This document shows, in pieces, positions 11,001 to 20,526 of a DNA stretch of 64,000 nt. The notes beneath the pieces were generated by a model. The model saw only the letters and a program-made list of their open reading frames with translations, was not told the origin of the DNA and searched no databases. How positions within the stretch are numbered: position 1 is the first letter of the stretch; the number at the start of each line of letters is the position of its first letter. Both the position numbers and the translations under genes were made by a program. This DNA comes from Candidatus Thorarchaeota archaeon SMTZ1-45 (GTDB lineage Archaea > Asgardarchaeota > Thorarchaeia > Thorarchaeales > Thorarchaeaceae), in the NCBI GenBank assembly GCA_001563335.1, contig LRSL01000058.1, positions 1-64,000 of the forward strand, read 5' to 3'.

Positions 11001-12747
11001 CGGAGTAGGACCATTAGTAGGTAATCTCTCCGAACTAGGAGTTGCTGGTTATTACAGTGCTCTAGTAGACACCTCTGGTTTGAGCGTTCAAGAATGGACT
11101 GTTATAATTTCAAGCGACAAAGCAGGATATACTCCTTCATCAATCCAATTCACTTTGACAGTGGAAGTGGTTGACACTGAAATTATAATTGTAACTCCAG
11201 CCACAGTAAGTGGTTACTACGGTGAAGAGGTCACATTTGTCTTTGTTTTCAGTGACACTCATGCTGATGAAGGAATACCTGGAGCAATTACAAACTATAC
11301 TCTGGAACAATTCAGAGGGTCTCTCATTGATTATGGTAATGGTACATATTCTCTTACATTGAATACATCACTTGTACGGGCGGGAAGTGTACCTCATGAC
11401 ATAACTATCTCATTTAGAAAAGATAACTACAGATTTGCATCTGGTCTTGTGAAGCTTCTCGTGAATCCAATTCGAACCCAGATTATTGGAAACTCAGAAG
11501 CAGAGTTTCCTGTTTATGATGACTATACTATGTTATTCAATTTCTGGGATGATTTGAATGAAAGGTGGATAGTAGATGGGTCAGCAACAGCATACTGGGA
11601 ATTTGGAACTGTTCAATTAACTAATCTTCTTAACGGTTCCTATGCTTTCGGTCCTACTGAAACGAACTTAACTACACCATTACAAGATAGAACAACGCCC
11701 TATGAAATCAGAGTTTCAATATCTAGAGGTAACTATTCTCTTGGGCAAATCCAGGTCTTTTTGTCAATACGTGAGATTGCTACTGAATTAGTTGCATCTG
11801 TACTTCCTACTCCAATCTATGTAGGTAGCCTTTTCCTGATTAATGTCACATTCTTTGACTTAGATCATTCTGAAGCGATCTCTGGTGCAGAAATTTCGAT
11901 CGTATCAAGAAGCAATCTCGCAACTTCAAGTATAATTCGAGAAACAGATTTTGATATCGATCATGGGAATGGAACTTACACTCTTGCATTCCGAGCTCCA
12001 GATTTAGCATATTACAGTTTGCAAATAATCCTTAGCAAGGTTGATTATCAAACTGCAATAGCTGAATTCGATATCTATCCCGAATTAACTCCAGAGCAAG
12101 AAGCACTTGTAATGGGATTCCAATGGAGTACAATACTCATCCTCCTTCTAGCAGCTCTGGGTGCTTTGTATTTCAGAGTATTATCAATTCCAAAGCTACT
12201 GCGAATCATAAGACGGATGATTAGAACTCTAGAAAGAGGTAATATTCCAAAACCAGCAGATGTGCCTCAAAGAAGACAAATGATACTCTCTATGATGAAC
12301 GAGGATTTGAAACCGGTTGGGCTCCAGAAATATGTTGATGATGTAAGTCTCTCAACAGTTGATGTAACAGTGATGGATGTTGAGAAACTGTTAGATGATT
12401 TAGCAGTAGTAGTTGGTCTTACACCAGAAGACATCGATACGTTACGTCAAGACCTTGATAAGATGAGACCAAGTGAAAGAGCAGGTTTCATCAATGAAGT
12501 GCTACGACAAGAACGTTCACGTCGCGCACGAGAACTCACTGAAGCTGAGAGAATCTCAGAAATTGGTGTTCCTGAACCAGAGGCTGAGGAACGCTTGTCT
12601 GAGGAAGAATTGGCTCATTTGAAAGTACGGTTACTGAATATGGGCATTGAAGAAACCGAAGCTGACCTCATGATAGAACAAGCCCGAAACTTGTCGAAGG
12701 CGGAAATAGAAGCACTTCTTAAAGAGATTGGAGGGATGGAAGAATGA
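5038..12747 (+). CDS. Giant (2569 aa) single-pass cell-surface glycoprotein with tandem Ig-like repeats and cytoplasmic tail (paralog A)
   Basis: Signal peptide; repeated beta-rich ~100-125-aa units (P..PYG.N.T...Y.D...I.GA...G.Y.I...T..L...G.Y); many N-X-S/T sequons; one TM near 12110-12180; charged helical tail. Confidence 0.9.
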   Translation: MKLKKNLSLFLVLTSLILSFGAIGVNNNIHQSITPSSELIDIGDGQYIEVGPDEVLETISLSEVPTNLQGEGSPLVISEYGQRTNHFDNLELAYYPTNTTTTQMVSVPLGPLWEGTDMFVNVSDLQENRTYLTNPGFDSTADWTLGTDDVGTYTNPMSSTITGGYVSFQMEGVLSGGYYRHDLGDRQYAEQTINTNRGEVTWVGVSLDYWVDDAWGGLPIGFWELYAQVGHDDDVDNHLWHMQFSDVLAQVTWYSTGLIEADPSLITSSSFILQIGMRTTRSFGSNPQLYPEVRMDNVRIFIKSRVQPSQVNLEMNGLPVSNITDGFSWLWSLGSVQESAVIPWSGSAVNATFSWTPTPVNPNPNFDIRVTFSVDMTVYARKVGQSSLYEADVQSFGTHYSVSNSSQVQWLTYYYVAVPNGYSNFFYFNASKSDTLVIDMVSQPRFPSVNFPYWSTTATTLNISVYEGVVGTYQNGFWKITGHSGNIIQDLRMSSGAAWVTTNTYQANDNVRFRAYLDSVYDGATVSFKVYDTMGTLWATLSAGVSSGIAETTDLTLDPYLAEVGGWQVQAFVNDSISGSPVENIGYYSRSFSIEHGSDMYIAYPRQSIFTWERNLTYGQDMLLQIGVNDSDNGFLLPGGSATYNWTTGTHPLNDMGTGEYSVVLNTADLGLPGRYVISLTWSKSYYDSLQRYFVINVVEETTLQSASAPGVQVPRGDDALLELFFADSEGSGIDNAVLFCNWTDSSYSIDPVIGEPGNYSLSITTNNSNLGTYAIVVTAQKDYYTTSQVLLFVEVRQIFTSVSVSQSILALPVGYEETITLTYWDTDHDLPISGAESSISCNWSDYTVVESSPGEYDITFSSLDSDPIQDYTVVFDVSRFAYQNHTFDIGINIITHLTSFSLDNPIEPTPYTGQITIYVLYYDITTSSGIVGSDVLIYAEAAGVPSLQFTVVNGTTQGQYIIRIRADQWGSIGWKDITIFANWTGSQPKHDNKVLQVRARVAGSPTDLYIGTNPIATPYGENITFSVVYWDVSNSTGVSNSTGAYPFNVFLFVEVKTPGQTLTQDLMVITELGNGEYQITFDTDYLSGLIGCQLRIYANWTSGQLPLYENRTLAIIVYTRYRQTSVLWNPLPTTPYGDSVNLTFSYMDVLSGMRIPDDAKLNYQVQEAGLVLSAIYLSGSQQFVLTLDTTWWNNVGTFTFHLDVTWSGSPFYQNRTNIPISITIRNRYTTLEHGPYTSIQYGNNLTLIFTYRDLDGQSLLNTGSLTLDPSLLGYYSVVNNFDGTYKVTLNTTAFPSLGIFTVNVTITYTGFNYCYDANDFFYLTLIQRRTQLTSETPDLAIFLEEAVIIVSYIDDNTYAAILGATVTATCMNATLQLGVNYWVDALPSGDYRIRISTLALGNFGQYTITISASKAGSPFYRSRVLDVSIDVVRRYATISVTRSPLTTPFLENVEFQVTAIDDVNGTRIPLSKSVLIITHGGGTLILDSEYTLTGQNGFYLISFNSTLLTSQLEDAYPINILFYWGDSAPYYENSTASTEVTISTRFTQASVLSTPPAYYFFNISTLIYYSDYLTGNGIPGADISVDCANSTSFTNWIVDQGDGTYQILVDTTTLTGLGKYFFTVNLTWYGTPFYTNVTNLNFAVVVNSVSTTLSFTLPQGVTYYLGDDIHANITFTAIEFGVGISGANVTSNWNITYPTIATITEIDIGVYEMIIQTSGMDAGLYSFSISASKYLHQNQSILADILLAAIPVQIELFFNPTNPLWGNAIDFQANVTDARNGNPISGAFVNLTISSITVNMTPGAPGIYTCTIQSWQIGAGEHTIRVVSVLLNYESRQRDFQIRIDKISSKISGSLDPLTTVNGLAVTIEVDYLDYANSSVIEDGLVTYSWIGGSGQIVWSVIDDKYVVQFVVSGVPVGTHQILIQASSDNYKSISMQLTIEITELSTSLIAISEFIVTVNYRDIANITVYLNNTDLNTPVTGALLSYGVGPLVGNLSELGVAGYYSALVDTSGLSVQEWTVIISSDKAGYTPSSIQFTLTVEVVDTEIIIVTPATVSGYYGEEVTFVFVFSDTHADEGIPGAITNYTLEQFRGSLIDYGNGTYSLTLNTSLVRAGSVPHDITISFRKDNYRFASGLVKLLVNPIRTQIIGNSEAEFPVYDDYTMLFNFWDDLNERWIVDGSATAYWEFGTVQLTNLLNGSYAFGPTETNLTTPLQDRTTPYEIRVSISRGNYSLGQIQVFLSIREIATELVASVLPTPIYVGSLFLINVTFFDLDHSEAISGAEISIVSRSNLATSSIIRETDFDIDHGNGTYTLAFRAPDLAYYSLQIILSKVDYQTAIAEFDIYPELTPEQEALVMGFQWSTILILLLAALGALYFRVLSIPKLLRIIRRMIRTLERGNIPKPADVPQRRQMILSMMNEDLKPVGLQKYVDDVSLSTVDVTVMDVEKLLDDLAVVVGLTPEDIDTLRQDLDKMRPSERAGFINEVLRQERSRRARELTEAERISEIGVPEPEAEERLSEEELAHLKVRLLNMGIEETEADLMIEQARNLSKAEIEALLKEIGGMEE

Positions 12748-15700
12748 AATTCAGACAGAAGCTACCAATATTGATGTTTGTCACATTCCTAATGGTCTTT
12801 AATACAATAGTAATGATTTCAAATCCACAAACATCATTGAACCCGCTGACGTCAGAATTGCCTTCAAAAACTCAAGATGTAAGATCGACGAATCCCTTGT
12901 TTGAACCTCACTCAAGCTATCTAAATTCTGAACAAGGTTGGACCATGTGGTCTGGGGTTTCCTCTGGGCTACCTGCGCAAGAGTTTGGTAATAGAAGCGA
13001 TGTATTTGTTGATAATCAAATGCGGTATTTCGAAACCAATAGCAGCACAAGTAACACCTCTATTTCTATACCAATGGAAACAGGCTGGGAAGGTCACGAA
13101 TTATTTGTAGAAATCACAGATTTGACTGAAAACAGAACATGGGTTCAAGATCCTGACATGGAGAACAGTCCCTCGAGTTGGACATTAAATCAAGTGAGCC
13201 TTGGAGGTGGTGCTGCTCCTTCCGCTTCTTGGGTTAATAATGGCCATGGAGCTGGTGATGATTGTGTTGAATTCGAAATCGCAGAAGGTGGTGACCCCTA
13301 TTTTGAGGAACGCGCGTGGGCTGAACAGACATTCTCGGTGAATCGTGGTGATGTAGTGTGGGCTGGGTTCAGGCTCGATTATTGGATTGAATCCGACTGG
13401 GGCGCTGATGGTTTTGTTGCGATCTTTGTTTCAATAGAAACAAACGATTATACCCAACGAGTATGGCAGAAGTCCTTTTCTGATGTGGATCAGGAGCAGA
13501 TCTGGTATGATAGTGGATTGATTGTTCTATCTGACTTATCCATCTTCGATTTGTCTGATGGTGTAACAATCACAGTAGGTCTCTATAGCCAACAAACAGT
13601 CAACTACAGTCCTGACCTAAATCCATATGCTCGGGTTGACAATGTAGAGCTATATCTTCAGACAAAGGCAAATCCAAGTGACCTCAACCTGAAGATGAAT
13701 GGACTTGATGTAGATGATTATGATATTGGGGGAACTTCTGTGCCAGGGTTAGGTAACATCACTCAAATCCCGATACCGACTTGGACAACGAGTCCTGTTG
13801 ACGTGTCCTTTTCTTGGACTCCAATCCCCTCTACACCTAATCCAGACCGCGATATTTGGGTTGATTTCAACGTTGAAACCAATCTCTATGCAAGAGGTCC
13901 ATCGACCACACTTACAACACAAGATCCAAACTCATATGGAGAGATTTTCGAAGCTGTCAATGCTTCAGTGATTGAGTACTTAACATGGTTCTTCGCTGAT
14001 ATTCCTGATGGCTATGATAATAGATACTACTTCAATATCTCACTGCCTGAAAATCGCGATGTATCCTATGTTGCATCACCATTACTTACCAATGTGAATA
14101 TTTCATCATGGGATGAAGGACATGGACCTGAATGGTACGCAAATATTACAGCATATCCGTATCCTGATAAATGGGGGTATTGGCTCATCAAAAGTAAAGG
14201 CGCAAACATGATCACTGATCTTTTAATGACCAGTCCCACAATTGGTACTTCTGCAAGAAGTATTGATCTTAGAGCATCCGATTCAGCATATTTCTCTGTG
14301 GATGTCGGTGCTCAATTTGCAGGCGTTGCGGTGAATATCACACTGTTTTCACCATCCGGAGCCAATTGGTATTCAGAAATAGTTACAGTCAATAGCACAG
14401 GTTATGCTAACTCAGTAGAACTAACCTTTGGCACTAATGCCACCGCAGGAGAATGGCTTGTTCAAGCATTCTGTAATAATAGCATTAGCGGATCAAATTG
14501 GAACAAGACCGGATTCTTCCATCGAACATTCAATATTATACATGCTTCAACATCCACGTTATTGAACCCCGCAGATGCAATTTCAACTTGGATAACTAAT
14601 GTAACATACCCTGATCTCTTCTTGGTGAGAATACGTATCAATGATTCCGATATTTCAGGAGTGACTGTTTCTGGTGGACAGATGAGTTATAACTGGACTA
14701 CTGGAACACAGTATTTTGGAGAGGCTGGGAACGGAGAATATCTAATTACACTTGATTCAGGTGATTTACCTCAGAAGGGTCAATATATGCTGAATATAGA
14801 ATGGACACATCCCCATTTCGACACAATCCAAGAAGAACTTACTATCAATCTCAATTTTGATGGGGCTCTTGTTCTTGAAGCTCCAGATTCTCCTGGTTTG
14901 TCAATCCCTTCAGGATATAATGGATCTTTCAGAATAGGATTTGAGGATTATCTCGGGACACCCATTGACACTGGAAGTGTCGATTGCAACTGGTCCAGCT
15001 ACTATAGTGTTACACCTGTAACTGGATCGCCTGGTAGTTACCTATTCTGGCTAAATACAACATTTATGGATATGGGCGAATATGTTGTTGAAGTTACAGG
15101 AACTGCGCCATTCATATTGCCTCAGAGATATCTCCTCTATGTTGAGGTTCGGGAACTATACACAAAGGTAACGTATTTGCAAAATGTTGTGAATATACCC
15201 GTTGGAGAATCTCGTTCACTAACATTCACATGGACTGATGCAGACCATAACACTCCTCTAACTGGCTTTAATGACTCAATTCTCTGTGATTGGACCGGAT
15301 CATATAGCATTATTGAAACAACACCAGGAACGTATAGCCTGACCATTTTCACAACAGATCTAACTCCTCTCGGGACCACTTCTGTAACTATAACTTTCTC
15401 AGGTTCAATGATGCAAAATCATACTATTTCCATCCAAGTTATAGTCAGGTCTCATACCACATTGTTCACCCTTGACGAACCAGTTCCTCAGACATCCTAT
15501 GGAGTTGATGCCTTCATACTCGTCTACTATCTCGATACTGATCTAGGTACTGGTATTGACAATAGTTCAGGCTATGTTCACATCTTGGTAACGACTCCTG
15601 AAATTCCTATCCTGAGTTACACGGTCACAGATTTGGGATCAGGGCATTATAATATAACTGTACCAACTGGACAATGGTCCACAATTGGATGGAAAAGCTT

Positions 15701-18700
15701 TGCAATCCAGATTAGCTGGACTGGTTCAGTCCAAAAACTACAATCTAAATCGTTGAATACATCCTTTAGATTAATTGGTACTCAAACTGATTTGTATCTT
15801 GAAACTGCACCGGTTGCCACTTATTATTTGGATAACTTCACTTTCTCCGCAGTATTTTATGATGTAGTTAATTCTACTTACATATCAAATGCTTCTGGTG
15901 CTGTATCAATATCCTACACACCAATTGGAATCAATCCAGTCACAGGTGATGATTTCTTCCTAGAAATCATCATAGATGGTCCAACTGTGTACTATATGTT
16001 CCACCTGAACAGTACCCGTCTTGAAGGGATTGGCATGTTTGAGGTCGAACTAGGATTTCTATGGAAGAGTGGAGTTCTCCCGCTATATGAGAATCAAACT
16101 ATCAATGTATTCCTAATGGTACTCGAACGTCCAACTTATGTTGACTATACTCAAGTACCTCCAACAGCCTATGGCGAAGATGCAAACCTAGTCTTTTCCT
16201 ATTTAGATTCTATTCGAACAGAAAGAATTCCTGATTCTCCATCATTAAGCATTGACATTAATGAAGGTGGCATATCTTGGTCATACTCCTATGATTCAGT
16301 TTCTAAAGAATTCACAATTACAATTGACACTTCCTCTCTTGGTGGAATAGGTCAGATAACACTTCACCTCAACCTGACCTGGATCGGCACACCCTTCTAT
16401 GCGGATGTGCCAAATCAACAGTTTATTGTAATTGTGTTATTGAGAAGCTCTCAATTAACTCATCTGCCATTTACTCCTGGTCAGTGGGGGAACAATGTCA
16501 CAATCGAGTTTGTCTATACGGATCTCATATCTGGAAGTACGACTGGAATGGTTGGCACCCTAACCTTGGATATTGACGAGTCTTACTATTCAGTGACTCC
16601 TGGCATTGATGGGCATTATACTGTCATTCTCAATTCTTCAATACTTGGAGTGCCAGGACTCTATTATATCAATGCAAGTATAGTCTATGGAGGAGCCAAT
16701 TATGTGAGTGATGCATTCGAGTATTTTGCATTCACTGTCCTCGAAAGGTCAACACAAATGGGATATGAGAGTCCGGATAATGCACCTTATCTAACGAATC
16801 TAACATTTATCGTCACATATAGTGACGATTCTACTGGATCTGGAATTACTGGTGCCACAGTACAAGTCACGAGTGATCCACTCACATTAGTACTCGGAGT
16901 CGACTATTGGGTTACTGATAATGGTCTTGGTGAATATCTCATTGAAGTTGACACATCCGCGTTGGGTCCACCAGCAACCTATCAATTGAATGTAACAGTG
17001 TCTTATTCTGGAGCACCATATTACCTTACTTCTCAGAGAACATTATCAGCAATGGTTGTTGAGCGTCCAACTCAAATTCGAATCATTAAAACTCCAGGCA
17101 ACACACCGTTTCTTGAGAATGTTACATTCAGTTTTGTCTTTGAAGATTTCCTAGACAAGTCTTTCATTACCATAGACAAGAGTCACATTACTTTGAGTCA
17201 CGGAGTTTTACATACTCTGATAACCTCAAGCGAATATAGTCTGGTGAATCTTGGATCACACTATAGAATTAGCTTCAACTCAACAGTATTAGACCCACTT
17301 GGTCTCGTATCGAGTCATAGCATACAGCTCTCAATCGATTGGACTTCTGGATCACCATATTACGCAGATAGGAATACATCAACTCAAGCGACAACGACAT
17401 ATCGTCCAACAGTCATTTTGTTCCCACTGGTTGAGGAAACTCCTTACTTCGATAACATTACGATAAATCTGGAATTCAAGGACTATCTTACAGGGATTGG
17501 TATAGATGGTGCTTCAGTGGTATTATCAACTTACAATTGGTCTGGTCCAGCATATCATCTCATTAGATTTGGTAATGGCGTCTATCAACTCGTTGTGAAT
17601 ACCACTGTATTTGGTTCAACCGGAACAGTCTATTTCAACGTTTCATTCACATGGAGTGGAGTTCCATTCTACTCAAATCGAGAGGCCATAAATGTCAGAG
17701 CACAGATAAGATCAGTTCAGACATCGTTAATAGCTGAAGCACCCCCAGCTGGTTCTACAGCTATCGGTGTTCCAATCGTGGTCACTTTGACACTTCTTGA
17801 TTTTGATCATGATACTTATCTTGAAGGAGCAACAATAGATTGCGACTGGACAGATATAACCGGGAATTCATTTGGATGGGTTGAGGAAAGTGGTGGGACT
17901 TACTCAATCACTCTGGAAACTCTTGGTCTCGTTGCTCAACAATATGTCTTCATAGTTACTGCATCAAAAGCATTCTATCAGACTGCTCAAGCTCAAGTCA
18001 CTGTCCAACCAGGAGCACAGTTGGTTGAGATTGTACTCACACGAACAACCTATTATGCTGATTGGGGTGAAATTCTAAATATCAGCTTCTGGATCCAAGA
18101 ACCATTTTACATGACATATGTCGAAGGTTTCAATGCAAGTCTTCTGTGGGATGGTGAACTCTATTACTTCATTGATGTAGGTACAGGCTTTTATTATCTG
18201 ATGCTTGATACAGCAGATTCAGATTTTGGTATTTACAGTCCACAAATCACAGTATCAAGAGAATTCTATCAAACTAGACAGAAATCCTTCACGTTAGTTG
18301 TATCGAAAGCTCCTGGTCAGATAATACCCTTTCAATCCACATACAGTGCTGTCATTGACACCATTATCAGCTTCCAAGTCTATCTGAATAATACAATCAC
18401 TAATGCTCCAGTTGTAGGTGCCAGTGTCTCTCTTGAATGGAATGGAACAGTTTCTCCAATGACTCCAACCGGGGTTCCAGGATGGTACACAGGATCGGCA
18501 AATGTCACTGGATTTGCTATTGGGCATTATCCAGTCACTATTAGAGCTGTTACAACTAATCTGCAATTCATAGAAACTGATATTGACATTAACGTGATTC
18601 CAATCCCTACAACTCTTGCGCTAGCTGATGGTACAACAATCCGGTATGTATTCTTTGGTGATACATTATCACTTTTAGCTGTCTATAACGACACATACCA

Positions 18701-20426
18701 TGATGCTCTAGTTGTTGGGGCAACAGTATCGTACACACTTGGAAGTCTAAGTGGATTCTTTACTGATGAATTAAATGGAACATATAGTATCACAATTGAT
18801 GTTAGCTCACTTGGTTCACAATCCATCTACCTGCGAATGGTGGCTAACAAGGCGGGATACGCAACTGCTATCAAATCTATAGTCGTGACTATCCTGCCAA
18901 TTCCAACACAGGCATATGCAACACCACTTCTACAAAGTGGGTACTTGGGAGATACACTTTCCTACCTATTCTATTATAATGATACTCAACACAACTCGCT
19001 AATCGTTGGAGCAAATGTACTAGCTAGCTGGGAAGGTGGTGATGCATTAGTCACTTCTCATCCCAATGGATCATATGAGGTAGTCGTACAAATCAATGTA
19101 GAGAATCCTGGACTATATGATCTAGTTGTCCGATTTGACCTCACGAATTACACCTCCCGAACTGTCATTGCTAAAATTGAAATATATGCAACTCCTGCTG
19201 AGATTAGAGGACCAATATTCTATTCAGCACCAATTAATGAGCCGACTAGCATTATTTACAATGTCATAAGTCTGATTGACAATTCATCAATTACTGATAT
19301 CATTGGAATCGCATACTCCACTCAGCTGGCGGATATTGAGCTTGAACTCTTAGCAAATGGATCGTATTCATTGAATTTGGCTGGAGACCTTCCATATGGA
19401 ACATATAGCTTTGATATAGCATTTGAAACTATAAAATACTCCATCGCTCCAATATATCTTGAAGTAACAATAAGACAAATACGGACCTCTTTGATTTCCG
19501 ATTCCGATGAAATTTTCACATCTCCAGGTAGAACTTTCAATATTACATTGACATACTATGATCTTGACCACTTGGTTGGAATATCCGGGGCTGACATCTT
19601 TGTGGATTATAGCCATACCAATATCACATATCTCAACAGTTCAACGATAGAAACAGATGGCACCTACAGGCTGTTCTTTAGAGTAGAAGGAAGCAGAACT
19701 TTCACTATCACAATCATGTTCCAGAAAGAGGACTATGAATCACGACAATTGGTTGTAACAATAAAGTCCGACATATCTCCTCAACAACAATTCGAGCAAC
19801 TATTGACAGTAGGTGGTGGATCAGCTCTAATTCTAGTTGCACTACTCATTGTTCTATATGTCCGAGTGTGGAGCGTTCCCAAGCAAGTCAGAGAATTGAA
19901 TAGGATGATTCGAGCTTTGGCAAAAGGTCGAGTTCCAAGACCTGCTCGTGCTCCTGGCAGACAAGACATGGCTATGGAAATTGTGAATGAAGAAATAGAC
20001 TCATTAAGGCTCTACAAAGATTCTGATGAGGTTGCGGAATATCCAATTATAACAACAGTACCTGAAGTCAATGAACTCCTTGAAGAATTGGCTGCCATTA
20101 CAGGGCTCGGTGCTGCTGAGATTGATGCTTTCAGAGCAGATCTTGCCAGAATGAGAGCCAGTGAGCGTCCAGGCTTTCTCAAAGAGGTCATTGACCAAGA
20201 AAAAGCTCGTCGTGCTGATGTGTTAGCCAAACCTCCAGAAGAAGAGCCTGCTCCAGAAGAGGTTCCTCTTGAACAGAGACCTGAAGAGTTAGATGATTTG
20301 CGCCAGAAACTCCTAAAGAAAGGTATGGCTGCTGAAGAAATCGATGTCATAGTTGAAGAGGCGAAGAGTCTTTCAAAGGCGGATCTTGACGCCCTTCTAA
20401 GTAGTCTGGGTATAGACTTAGATTAG
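12744..20426 (+). CDS. Giant (2560 aa) single-pass cell-surface glycoprotein (paralog B)
   Basis: ATGA overlap with paralog A; colinear similarity along the whole length (e.g. NRG.V.W.G..LDYW, FSWTP.P..PNP, YNWTTGT, TPFLENV); TM plus homologous tail. Confidence 0.9.
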   Translation: MKFRQKLPILMFVTFLMVFNTIVMISNPQTSLNPLTSELPSKTQDVRSTNPLFEPHSSYLNSEQGWTMWSGVSSGLPAQEFGNRSDVFVDNQMRYFETNSSTSNTSISIPMETGWEGHELFVEITDLTENRTWVQDPDMENSPSSWTLNQVSLGGGAAPSASWVNNGHGAGDDCVEFEIAEGGDPYFEERAWAEQTFSVNRGDVVWAGFRLDYWIESDWGADGFVAIFVSIETNDYTQRVWQKSFSDVDQEQIWYDSGLIVLSDLSIFDLSDGVTITVGLYSQQTVNYSPDLNPYARVDNVELYLQTKANPSDLNLKMNGLDVDDYDIGGTSVPGLGNITQIPIPTWTTSPVDVSFSWTPIPSTPNPDRDIWVDFNVETNLYARGPSTTLTTQDPNSYGEIFEAVNASVIEYLTWFFADIPDGYDNRYYFNISLPENRDVSYVASPLLTNVNISSWDEGHGPEWYANITAYPYPDKWGYWLIKSKGANMITDLLMTSPTIGTSARSIDLRASDSAYFSVDVGAQFAGVAVNITLFSPSGANWYSEIVTVNSTGYANSVELTFGTNATAGEWLVQAFCNNSISGSNWNKTGFFHRTFNIIHASTSTLLNPADAISTWITNVTYPDLFLVRIRINDSDISGVTVSGGQMSYNWTTGTQYFGEAGNGEYLITLDSGDLPQKGQYMLNIEWTHPHFDTIQEELTINLNFDGALVLEAPDSPGLSIPSGYNGSFRIGFEDYLGTPIDTGSVDCNWSSYYSVTPVTGSPGSYLFWLNTTFMDMGEYVVEVTGTAPFILPQRYLLYVEVRELYTKVTYLQNVVNIPVGESRSLTFTWTDADHNTPLTGFNDSILCDWTGSYSIIETTPGTYSLTIFTTDLTPLGTTSVTITFSGSMMQNHTISIQVIVRSHTTLFTLDEPVPQTSYGVDAFILVYYLDTDLGTGIDNSSGYVHILVTTPEIPILSYTVTDLGSGHYNITVPTGQWSTIGWKSFAIQISWTGSVQKLQSKSLNTSFRLIGTQTDLYLETAPVATYYLDNFTFSAVFYDVVNSTYISNASGAVSISYTPIGINPVTGDDFFLEIIIDGPTVYYMFHLNSTRLEGIGMFEVELGFLWKSGVLPLYENQTINVFLMVLERPTYVDYTQVPPTAYGEDANLVFSYLDSIRTERIPDSPSLSIDINEGGISWSYSYDSVSKEFTITIDTSSLGGIGQITLHLNLTWIGTPFYADVPNQQFIVIVLLRSSQLTHLPFTPGQWGNNVTIEFVYTDLISGSTTGMVGTLTLDIDESYYSVTPGIDGHYTVILNSSILGVPGLYYINASIVYGGANYVSDAFEYFAFTVLERSTQMGYESPDNAPYLTNLTFIVTYSDDSTGSGITGATVQVTSDPLTLVLGVDYWVTDNGLGEYLIEVDTSALGPPATYQLNVTVSYSGAPYYLTSQRTLSAMVVERPTQIRIIKTPGNTPFLENVTFSFVFEDFLDKSFITIDKSHITLSHGVLHTLITSSEYSLVNLGSHYRISFNSTVLDPLGLVSSHSIQLSIDWTSGSPYYADRNTSTQATTTYRPTVILFPLVEETPYFDNITINLEFKDYLTGIGIDGASVVLSTYNWSGPAYHLIRFGNGVYQLVVNTTVFGSTGTVYFNVSFTWSGVPFYSNREAINVRAQIRSVQTSLIAEAPPAGSTAIGVPIVVTLTLLDFDHDTYLEGATIDCDWTDITGNSFGWVEESGGTYSITLETLGLVAQQYVFIVTASKAFYQTAQAQVTVQPGAQLVEIVLTRTTYYADWGEILNISFWIQEPFYMTYVEGFNASLLWDGELYYFIDVGTGFYYLMLDTADSDFGIYSPQITVSREFYQTRQKSFTLVVSKAPGQIIPFQSTYSAVIDTIISFQVYLNNTITNAPVVGASVSLEWNGTVSPMTPTGVPGWYTGSANVTGFAIGHYPVTIRAVTTNLQFIETDIDINVIPIPTTLALADGTTIRYVFFGDTLSLLAVYNDTYHDALVVGATVSYTLGSLSGFFTDELNGTYSITIDVSSLGSQSIYLRMVANKAGYATAIKSIVVTILPIPTQAYATPLLQSGYLGDTLSYLFYYNDTQHNSLIVGANVLASWEGGDALVTSHPNGSYEVVVQINVENPGLYDLVVRFDLTNYTSRTVIAKIEIYATPAEIRGPIFYSAPINEPTSIIYNVISLIDNSSITDIIGIAYSTQLADIELELLANGSYSLNLAGDLPYGTYSFDIAFETIKYSIAPIYLEVTIRQIRTSLISDSDEIFTSPGRTFNITLTYYDLDHLVGISGADIFVDYSHTNITYLNSSTIETDGTYRLFFRVEGSRTFTITIMFQKEDYESRQLVVTIKSDISPQQQFEQLLTVGGGSALILVALLIVLYVRVWSVPKQVRELNRMIRALAKGRVPRPARAPGRQDMAMEIVNEEIDSLRLYKDSDEVAEYPIITTVPEVNELLEELAAITGLGAAEIDAFRADLARMRASERPGFLKEVIDQEKARRADVLAKPPEEEPAPEEVPLEQRPEELDDLRQKLLKKGMAAEEIDVIVEEAKSLSKADLDALLSSLGIDLD

Positions 20427-20439
20427 CATTAACACGAAG

Positions 20440-20465
20440 AACCAGCTGGACGATACCAGCTGGTT
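20440..20465 (+). terminator. Stem-loop after the giant-protein operon (putative terminator or binding site)
   Basis: AACCAGCTGG-acgata-CCAGCTGGTT, perfect 10-bp arms 14 nt after the stop; each arm contains the palindrome CCAGCTGG. Confidence 0.5.
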
Positions 20466-20526
20466 TCATATCATTTTAAGTCATCTTAGAGAACAGTTAA
20501 GTGATAATGATGTCTTTCGCGATTCT

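Noticed and set aside
5038-20426. CRISPR array, nucleotide tandem repeats or DGR in the giant genes
   Set aside because: Repetition is visible only at protein level; I saw no near-identical DNA repeats and no reverse transcriptase.
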